Positions 36,799 through 43,924 of a stretch of DNA of 64,000 nt are shown here, piece by piece. The first letter of the stretch is position 1; each line of letters opens with the position of its first letter. The DNA is from Oscillospiraceae bacterium (GTDB taxonomy: Bacteria > Bacillota > Clostridia > Oscillospirales > QAMX01): the NCBI GenBank assembly GCA_015067825.1, contig SVLQ01000001.1, forward strand, positions 12,485-76,484, read 5' to 3'. Below the pieces are notes generated by a model, which saw only the letters and a list, made by a program, of their open reading frames with translations, did not search any database and was not told where the DNA came from. The position numbers and the translations under genes were made by a program.

Positions 36799-38120
36799 TG
36801 GACGATCGCGGGGTGGCATCTATGTGGAAACTTGGTTTTGCTTGTGCGCCTGTTGCGCCGGACGACGTCGGCAAAAAGGACTATTGGATGGGCGGTTACG
36901 GAAATCCACAGCCGGCGATCGGTGTCGCCGACCCGCCGATGGCGCGCGTGATCTATCTCTCAGACGGAGAAAACAGCGTTTTTCTGGCGATCCTCGATTG
37001 CGTGGGGTTTCCCCGGCCGTATGTCTGCCGGCTCAGAGAAGCGGCAGCTCCGTTTTTGACGGAGATCGGTGATCCCGTACTGAACGTTCTCTGTACGCAT
37101 AATCATGCTGGGCTGGATACGATCGGTATCTGGGGTCCTCCGGGAAAAAGCGGAGCTGACCCGGACTACATCTGTCTGATCGAAGCGGTCATTCTGTCGC
37201 TTCTGCGTCCGGCGTACGAATCGGCCAAAGAGGGACGGCTTTATTATGGCTCGCGGCGATGCCCGGGGCTCGTGCGCGATATCCGCGAACCGAAGTTTAC
37301 CGACGATACCGTCACGCGCCTGCGCTTTGTTCCGGCCGACGGCTCCCGTCCGTTTATCCTTGCCCATTTTACGGCGCATCCGGAATCTCTCGGCAGCGCC
37401 AATCGGACGGTTTCCCGCGACTATCCCGGCCATACCGCTACCGTTGTGGAACGTGAAGCCGATTTTGCGTTCGCGGTCGGTGCGATCGGCGGAATGCAGA
37501 CCACGGAAAACCTGACCGCACCCGATGGCACGCAACTTTCGGAATCCGAAAACTGCAAGCGAGTCGGAACGCTGCTTGGTGAAGCGATCCTTGCGGTCAA
37601 GGACGATTTTGAACTGCAGCCGGATCTGCGGCAGCATAGCCGCACGGTAGAAGTGCCGCTGACCAATCCGTGGTTTCTGGCCGGTTATCAGATGGGGATC
37701 CTGCCCGGAAAACTGGTCGAACGCAACGGTGCGCCTGCCGTTGTCACGGAGGTCGGCTACCTCCGGCTCGGCATCCTGACGATCGCGCTGGTTCCTGGTG
37801 AGCTCTTGCTGGAGCTGGTGATCGGCGGCAGAATGCCGGAGCATCGGCTGCCGCAGCCGGAACGCGAGGACGAACCCTTACTTTACGACGTGATGCCGCG
37901 AGGACTGCGCATGGTGTTCGGCCTTGCAAACGACGAGATCGGCTACATCGTACCCGCACGCGATTTTTACCTGCCGGATACCTTCACGGCGGAAAATACA
38001 GAAAATCCCTACGACCGTTTCGGACGCCGCCATTACGAGGAGACAAGCTCGCTCGGCTGGCAGACCGGTGGGATCTTGCTGCGGGCTTTTGAACAACTGA
38101 CAAAAGAAATCGAAGAATAA
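36798..38120 (+). CDS. neutral/alkaline-ceramidase-like hydrolase (tentative)
   Basis: TAATG stop/start overlap with the HATPase gene. N-terminal pattern GYG...ARVIYLSDGENSVFLAILDCVGF ... CTHNHAGLD resembles the ceramidase N-domain (GY..., THTHSGP). Confidence 0.4.
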   Translation: MDDRGVASMWKLGFACAPVAPDDVGKKDYWMGGYGNPQPAIGVADPPMARVIYLSDGENSVFLAILDCVGFPRPYVCRLREAAAPFLTEIGDPVLNVLCTHNHAGLDTIGIWGPPGKSGADPDYICLIEAVILSLLRPAYESAKEGRLYYGSRRCPGLVRDIREPKFTDDTVTRLRFVPADGSRPFILAHFTAHPESLGSANRTVSRDYPGHTATVVEREADFAFAVGAIGGMQTTENLTAPDGTQLSESENCKRVGTLLGEAILAVKDDFELQPDLRQHSRTVEVPLTNPWFLAGYQMGILPGKLVERNGAPAVVTEVGYLRLGILTIALVPGELLLELVIGGRMPEHRLPQPEREDEPLLYDVMPRGLRMVFGLANDEIGYIVPARDFYLPDTFTAENTENPYDRFGRRHYEETSSLGWQTGGILLRAFEQLTKEIEE

Positions 38121-38142
38121 TCAACATCACGGAGGTGGGGAC

Positions 38143-39492
38143 TTGAAAGGAATTTTTCATTCGGTCACACTGGATTCCGAACGGTGCAAAGGTTGCATCA
38201 ACTGCATGAAGCGTTGCCCGACTGAGGCTATCCGTGTCCGCGACGGCAAAGCAACGATCATAACAGAGCGCTGCATCGACTGCGGCGAATGTATCCGCGT
38301 TTGCCATAACCGTGCGAAAAAGGCGGTCTGCGACGATTTTGCCATGCTCGATCAATTTAAGTGGAAAATCGCACTGCCGCCGCCGTCGTTCTACGGACAG
38401 TTTGCGGATATTGATGACATCAATATGATACTGACCGCTCTGAAAAAGATCGGGTTTGACGATATTTTTGAAGTATCCCGTGCGGCGGAGCTTGTTTCGC
38501 ATCTGACGCGCCAAAAGTTTGACGCTGTCAAAGGTTGTGTCAACGGCCCGGTGATCAGCTCTGCTTGCTCGGCGATCGTGCGTTTGATCCGCGTGCGTTT
38601 TCCGGCACTTTGCGAAAACGTGCTTCCGGTCAACGAACCGGTCCATCTCGCCGCGCAGATCGCCAGAGAAGAAGCAGTGGCCAAAACCGGCCTGAAGCCC
38701 GAAGAGATCGGCGTGTTTTTCCTCTCGCCGTGTCCGGCGAAGGTGACGAGTGCGAAGGCGCCGATCGGTATCGAATGCTCGCATATCGACGGTATTCTCT
38801 CTGTTTCGGACGTGTACCTGAAAATGATCTCTGCGCTGAAAAAGATCACGGAACCCGAGCCGCTGATGCGTTCGGGGATCGTCGGGATCAACTGGGCGAC
38901 CAGCGGTGGCGAATGCGCCGGGCTGCTGACGGACAATTACCTTTCCGCCGACGGCGTGGAGAATGCGATCAAGGTACTGGAAGAGATCGAAGACGAAAAG
39001 CTCAACGACATCGATTTTGTCGAGCTGAATGCCTGCCCCGGTGGATGCGTCGGCGGCGTGCTTAACATGGCGAACGCGTTTGTGGCGCGTTCCCGCATCA
39101 AAACGCTGCGGAAATATCTGCCGATTACGCAGAATAAGCTCGGCGACGAAAACGATACCCGTATGTTTTGGGAGCAGTCGCTTCAGTACGAGGCGATCTA
39201 TAAGCTCGATGACGATATGGGCGCGGCGATGAAGAAAATGAAGGAGATCAACGAGATCGAAAATTCGTTGCCGGGGCTGGACTGCGGATCCTGCGGTGCG
39301 CCGAGCTGCCGGGCGTTTGCCGAAGATATTGTCTGCGGCAATGCCGACCGCCGCGACTGTATCATCCGTTTCCGCGAAGAACTGGCCGTGCTCGACGGAT
39401 TGGGCATGAACATTTCCGGCATTTTGCCCGCACCGTTCCGGCACAAACTTGAACAGACGAAAGCGGAGGAGGATCACAATGACAACGCATGA
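38143..39492 (+). CDS. putative sensory [FeFe]-hydrogenase-like protein (2x[4Fe-4S] + H-domain + C-terminal 4-Cys FeS domain)
   Basis: TTG start after GGAGGTGG. CKGCINCMKRCP and CIDCGECIRVC. H-cluster motif equivalents SSACS, SPCPAK, ELNACPGGCVGG. C-terminal CGSCGAPSCRAF...C. Confidence 0.75.
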   Translation: MKGIFHSVTLDSERCKGCINCMKRCPTEAIRVRDGKATIITERCIDCGECIRVCHNRAKKAVCDDFAMLDQFKWKIALPPPSFYGQFADIDDINMILTALKKIGFDDIFEVSRAAELVSHLTRQKFDAVKGCVNGPVISSACSAIVRLIRVRFPALCENVLPVNEPVHLAAQIAREEAVAKTGLKPEEIGVFFLSPCPAKVTSAKAPIGIECSHIDGILSVSDVYLKMISALKKITEPEPLMRSGIVGINWATSGGECAGLLTDNYLSADGVENAIKVLEEIEDEKLNDIDFVELNACPGGCVGGVLNMANAFVARSRIKTLRKYLPITQNKLGDENDTRMFWEQSLQYEAIYKLDDDMGAAMKKMKEINEIENSLPGLDCGSCGAPSCRAFAEDIVCGNADRRDCIIRFREELAVLDGLGMNISGILPAPFRHKLEQTKAEEDHNDNA

Positions 39493-39820
39493 GTTGGCGC
39501 AAAGACTAGGATGGAAGGTCTTGATATCGGGCGAGGATCGCGAGGTTTCGCGCGGGTACTGCGGCGATCTGCTGAGCTGGGTCATGGGACGTGCGCCGCA
39601 GGATTCAGCGTGGATCACGGTGATGACCAATATCAACGTGGCGGCCGTGGCGGTACTTTGTGACGTCGCCTGTGTCATTTTTGCACAGGGGGCACAACCG
39701 GATGCAACGCTGCGGGAACGTGCGGAGACCGAGGGCCTGACGCTTCTGGCGACCGAGGACGATATCTACGCGGCCGCCGTTGCATTGGATCGCGTTCTCA
39801 ACACCGTTAAAACGGAGTAG
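39479..39820 (+). CDS. DRTGG domain protein (second copy)
   Basis: ORF track 39449..39820; ATG 39479 lies 5 nt after GGAGGA and overlaps the upstream gene by 14 nt. Confidence 0.55.
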   Translation: MTTHELAQRLGWKVLISGEDREVSRGYCGDLLSWVMGRAPQDSAWITVMTNINVAAVAVLCDVACVIFAQGAQPDATLRERAETEGLTLLATEDDIYAAAVALDRVLNTVKTE

Positions 39821-39824
39821 ACGT

Positions 39825-40538
39825 ATGTTTTACGATCTGCATATCCATTCCTGTCTGTCACCCTGCGGTGACAACGATATGACGCCAAACAATATTGTCA
39901 ACATGGCGATGATCAACGGACTGGAGCTGATCGCGCTGACCGATCACAATTCGACCCGCAACTGCGCCGCTGCGATGGCGGTCGGCAGGGAAGTGGGGGT
40001 ATTAGTCGTTCCGGGGATGGAACTGACGACGGCGGAAGATATCCACGTCGTTTGTCTGTTCCCTTCGATTGAAACGGCAGAATCGTTTGACCGCTACGTC
40101 TACGGGTGCTTGCCGCCGATCCCGAACCGGGAAAAGATCTTTGGCGAGCAGCTTCTCTGCGACGCGGAGGACAACGTGGTCGGAAAAGAAGAACGTCTGC
40201 TGATTACGGCCACCTCGATCGGTTTGGATACCGTGCCGGAACTGGTGGCTTCTTATGGCGGTGTGGCGTTTTTGGCGCACATCGACCGGAAGTCTAACGG
40301 CGCGCTGGCGATCCTCGGTTCACTGAGTGAGGATCTTGGGTTTGATTTGGCTGAGGTCTCGAAACTCTCGCGCCCGGCCGATTACGCCGGACGGTTTCCG
40401 TTTCTCAGCTTCGTCGGAGATTCCGATGCGCACCAGCTGACCGATATTGCTGAAGGCGGCGGCGACAACGAATTGGCGGCCGCCTTCGAAAGTGCGACGG
40501 ATGTTGTGGAATATTTCAGAAATATCGCCAAAAAATAA
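39825..40538 (+). CDS. PHP domain phosphoesterase
   Basis: ORF track 39780..40538; start moved to ATG 39825. MFYDLHIHSCLSPCGD, LTDHNS, FLAHIDR, GDSDAH. Confidence 0.7.
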   Translation: MFYDLHIHSCLSPCGDNDMTPNNIVNMAMINGLELIALTDHNSTRNCAAAMAVGREVGVLVVPGMELTTAEDIHVVCLFPSIETAESFDRYVYGCLPPIPNREKIFGEQLLCDAEDNVVGKEERLLITATSIGLDTVPELVASYGGVAFLAHIDRKSNGALAILGSLSEDLGFDLAEVSKLSRPADYAGRFPFLSFVGDSDAHQLTDIAEGGGDNELAAAFESATDVVEYFRNIAKK

Positions 40539-40562
40539 TCCGTATTTTTTTCGCTTATACAG

Positions 40563-40591
40563 TAGAAATTTGCAGAACTTTCTGCTATAAT
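40563..40591 (+). promoter_or_regulatory. candidate promoter of the hydC-fdx-hydB-hydA operon (extended -10)
   Basis: TAGAAA (40563-68), 17 nt, TGcTATAAT (TATAAT at 40586-91); weak -35. Confidence 0.4.
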
Positions 40592-40646
40592 ATTTGTGGT
40601 CTGCTATACCTAGGCATTGGCAGAAAAATTGAGGAGGATTGCTGGA

Positions 40647-41141
40647 ATGAAAAATCGCTTGGAAACAGTCCCGTTTAAGGATACTCCCGAAAAGCGGGCG
40701 CAACTCGAACAGATCATCGCCGACTACAAAGAAGTTCCCGGTGGCTTGATTCAGGTTCTGAAGAAGGCTCAGGACGTGTACGGCTATCTCCCGCTGGAAG
40801 TTCAGATCACGGTTGCTGAGGGTCTGGGCATTTCGCTTGAAGAAGTTTATGGTGTTGTTACGTTCTATTCGTTCTTTTCGATTGAACCGAAGGGCGAACA
40901 CAATATCTCTGTTTGCCTTGGTACGGCTTGCTACGTTAAGGGCGCTGGTCAGATCTACGAAAGACTCTGCGAACGCCTCGGCCTGAAAGATGGCGGTTGC
41001 ACGCCCGACGGCAAATTCTCGCTCTCGGCTTGCCGCTGCATCGGTGCCTGTGGTCTGGCTCCGGTTCTTACGGTTGACGAAGAAGTCTACGGCCGTCTGA
41101 CGGTTGACGACGTCGATAAGATTCTCGCGAAGTACATGTAA
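40647..41141 (+). CDS. hydC: NuoE-like [2Fe-2S] subunit of NAD(P)H-dependent/bifurcating hydrogenase (HydC)
   Basis: ORF track 40617..41141; ATG 40647 follows GAGGAGG. CLGTACYVKG ... CRCIGACGLAP thioredoxin-like 2Fe-2S motif. Confidence 0.85.
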   Translation: MKNRLETVPFKDTPEKRAQLEQIIADYKEVPGGLIQVLKKAQDVYGYLPLEVQITVAEGLGISLEEVYGVVTFYSFFSIEPKGEHNISVCLGTACYVKGAGQIYERLCERLGLKDGGCTPDGKFSLSACRCIGACGLAPVLTVDEEVYGRLTVDDVDKILAKYM

Positions 41142-41151
41142 TTATAGAGCT

Positions 41152-41709
41152 ATGATGCAAGAGCTGTCGCTGAATGTACTGGACATTGTCCAGAATTCCA
41201 TTTCCGCACGTGCGACCTTGATCTACGTTGATGTCATTTCTGATACCGCCGCAAACAAGCTGACGATCACCGTCCGCGATAACGGCGGGGGAATGACTGA
41301 AGAACAGGTCAGAAGCGTGACGGATCCGTTCTTCACCTCCAGAAAAACGCGCCGCGTCGGTTTGGGCGTGCCGTTTTTCAAGATGGCGGCGGAGATGACG
41401 GGGGGCAGCTTTGAAATCGGATCTCAGGTCGGTGTTGGTACGTTTCTGCGTGCAGAATTTTGTACCGACAGCATCGACTGTATGCCTCTCGGCGATATCA
41501 ACGGAACCGTGCACGCACTGGTCACGCTGAATTCGCAAATCGATTTTGTCTATACGCGCCGCATAGACAGCCGTTCGTTTACGCTGGATACGCGTGAGCT
41601 TCGTGAGATCTTGGGCGATATCGAGTTCTCCGAACCCGAGGTCGCTGCCTTTATCCGCGAATATCTCGATGCGAACGATCCGCAGCTTCAGGAAGAAGCG
41701 GAACGGTAG
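41152..41709 (+). CDS. HATPase_c-only protein (histidine-kinase-like ATPase without DHp or receiver)
   Basis: ORF track 41104..41709; start at ATG 41152. NVLDIVQNSISA (N box), VRDNGGGM (G1), GLGVPF (G2). Confidence 0.6.
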   Translation: MMQELSLNVLDIVQNSISARATLIYVDVISDTAANKLTITVRDNGGGMTEEQVRSVTDPFFTSRKTRRVGLGVPFFKMAAEMTGGSFEIGSQVGVGTFLRAEFCTDSIDCMPLGDINGTVHALVTLNSQIDFVYTRRIDSRSFTLDTRELREILGDIEFSEPEVAAFIREYLDANDPQLQEEAER

Positions 41710-41737
41710 GCGCAAAACTGATAAAAGGAGAATCATT

Positions 41738-42106
41738 ATGAAGTCCCTCGAAGAACTGAGAGCCATTAAGGAACAGATGAGAACGAAGATCGGCATCAGA
41801 AACGATGAAAACGCCAAAAAGCGTATCGTCGTTGGCATGGCTACCTGCGGTATCGCCGCCGGCGCCCGTCCGGTTCTGAACGCCATCAGCGAAGAACTTG
41901 GCAAACGCGGCATCGCCGACGTCGCGGTCTCCCAGACCGGCTGCATCGGTATCTGCCAGTATGAGCCTGTTGTCGAAGTTTTCGACGAAAACGGTGAAAA
42001 AACCACCTACGTCAAAATGTCGCCGGAAAAAGCCGTCCGCGTCGTCAATGACCACATCGTCAACGGCAACGTCGTTACGGAATTCACCATCGGCGCTGTG
42101 AAATAA
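41738..42106 (+). CDS. thioredoxin-like [2Fe-2S] ferredoxin
   Basis: ORF track 41594..42106; ATG 41738 lies 7 nt after AAAGGAG. ATCGIAAGA ... GCIGICQYEP. Confidence 0.7.
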   Translation: MKSLEELRAIKEQMRTKIGIRNDENAKKRIVVGMATCGIAAGARPVLNAISEELGKRGIADVAVSQTGCIGICQYEPVVEVFDENGEKTTYVKMSPEKAVRVVNDHIVNGNVVTEFTIGAVK

Positions 42107-42121
42107 GAAGGAGGAAAATTT

Positions 42122-43909
42122 ATGTATCGTTCCCATGTCCTTGTTTGCGGCGGTACCGGTTGCACCTCCTCCGGAAGTGCAAAGGTCATCGAAGCACTGG
42201 AAAATGAGATCGCCAAGAACGGTCTGCAGGAAGAAATCAAAGTTATCAAGACCGGTTGCTTCGGCCTCTGCGCCGTTGGCCCGATCATGATCGTTTACCC
42301 CGAAGGCTGCTTCTACTCCCGCGTCGAAGCCTCCGACATTCCGGAAATCGTCGAAGAGCACCTCGTGAAGGGCCGTCCGGTCAAGCGTCTTCTCTACAAA
42401 GAAACCGTTGAGAATGACACGATCAAATCCCTCAACCACACCCAGTTCTATCAGAAGCAGAAGCGCGTTGCGCTCCGCAACTGCGGTGTTATCGACCCCG
42501 AAAACATCGATGAATACATCGCCCACGACGGTTACGAAGCTTTGGCGAAATGTCTTACCGAGTACACCCCCGAACAGGTCATCCAGATCATCCTGGATTC
42601 CGGCCTGCGCGGCAGAGGCGGCGCCGGCTTCCCGACCGGTCTGAAGTGGAAACTGGCTGCGGCCAACCACGACGATCAGAAGTACGTTGCCTGTAACGCC
42701 GACGAAGGCGACCCGGGTGCATTCATGGACCGTTCCGTCCTCGAAGGCGACCCGCACGCCATCATCGAAGCTATGGCCATCGCCGGCTACGCCGTCGGCG
42801 CGACCAAGGGCTTTGTCTACATCCGTGCCGAATATCCGATCGCTGTTAAGCGTCTGGAAATCGCCATCGAACAGGCCCGCGAATACGGTCTGCTCGGCAA
42901 AAACATCTTCTCCTCGGGCTTCGACTTCGATATGGAGATCCGTCTCGGCGCCGGCGCGTTCGTCTGCGGCGAAGAAACTGCTCTTCTGACCTCCATCGAA
43001 GGCAAGCGCGGTGAACCGCGTCCGCGTCCGCCGTTCCCGGCCCAGAAGGGTCTGTTCGGTAAGCCGACGCTTCTGAATAACGTCGAAACCTACGCCAATA
43101 TCACCCAGATCATCCTCAACGGTCCGGAATGGTTTAGCTCCATGGGTACCGAAAAGAGCAAGGGTACCAAGGTCTTCGCCCTCGGCGGCAAGATCAACAA
43201 CACCGGCCTTGTCGAAGTCCCGATGGGCACGACGCTCCGCGAAGTCATCGAAGAAATCGGCGGCGGCATTCCCAACGGCAAGAAATTCAAGGCTGCCCAG
43301 ACCGGTGGTCCGTCCGGCGGCTGCATCCCGGCCCAACACTTTGACGTTCCGATCGACTACGACAACCTCATCAGCATCGGCTCGATGATGGGTTCCGGTG
43401 GTCTCATCGTCATGGACGAAGACACCTGTATGGTCGATATCGCGAAGTTCTTCCTCGAATTCACCGTTGAAGAATCCTGCGGTAAGTGCACGCCGTGCCG
43501 TATCGGTACCAAGCGTCTGTACGAAATGCTTGAAAAGATCACCAAGGGCGAAGGCACTCTGGAAGATCTCGACAAGATGGAAGAACTCTGCTACTACATC
43601 AAGAACAACTCGCTCTGCGGCCTTGGCCAGACTGCTCCGAACCCGGTGCTTTCGACCCTCCGTTACTTCCGCGACGAGTACGTTGCCCATGTCGTCGAGA
43701 AACGCTGCCCGGCCGGCGTCTGTAAAGACCTGCTGAGCTACGAAATTATCGCCGATAAATGTAAGGGCTGCACGGCCTGTGCGCGTAAGTGCCCGGTCAA
43801 CGCCATTTCCGGTGCGGTCAAGCAGCCGCATGTTATCGATAAGAGCAAGTGCATCAAGTGCGGCGCCTGTATCGAAACCTGTAAGTTTGCCGCCATCATC
43901 AAGAAATAA
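42122..43909 (+). CDS. hydB: NuoF-like FMN/NADH-binding subunit (HydB) with N-terminal 2Fe-2S and C-terminal 2x[4Fe-4S]
   Basis: GRGGAGFPTG, CNADEGDPGAF, ESCGKCTPCR, CKGCTACARKCP, CIKCGACIETC. Confidence 0.9.
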   Translation: MYRSHVLVCGGTGCTSSGSAKVIEALENEIAKNGLQEEIKVIKTGCFGLCAVGPIMIVYPEGCFYSRVEASDIPEIVEEHLVKGRPVKRLLYKETVENDTIKSLNHTQFYQKQKRVALRNCGVIDPENIDEYIAHDGYEALAKCLTEYTPEQVIQIILDSGLRGRGGAGFPTGLKWKLAAANHDDQKYVACNADEGDPGAFMDRSVLEGDPHAIIEAMAIAGYAVGATKGFVYIRAEYPIAVKRLEIAIEQAREYGLLGKNIFSSGFDFDMEIRLGAGAFVCGEETALLTSIEGKRGEPRPRPPFPAQKGLFGKPTLLNNVETYANITQIILNGPEWFSSMGTEKSKGTKVFALGGKINNTGLVEVPMGTTLREVIEEIGGGIPNGKKFKAAQTGGPSGGCIPAQHFDVPIDYDNLISIGSMMGSGGLIVMDEDTCMVDIAKFFLEFTVEESCGKCTPCRIGTKRLYEMLEKITKGEGTLEDLDKMEELCYYIKNNSLCGLGQTAPNPVLSTLRYFRDEYVAHVVEKRCPAGVCKDLLSYEIIADKCKGCTACARKCPVNAISGAVKQPHVIDKSKCIKCGACIETCKFAAIIKK

Positions 43910-43924
43910 GGAGGAGCGGAACAG

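Noticed and set aside
40539-40646. A Rex (redox-sensing repressor) operator was expected upstream of the hydrogenase operon.
   Set aside because: No TTGTGAA...TTCACAA-like palindrome is present. Only the different repeats reported in the findings were found.
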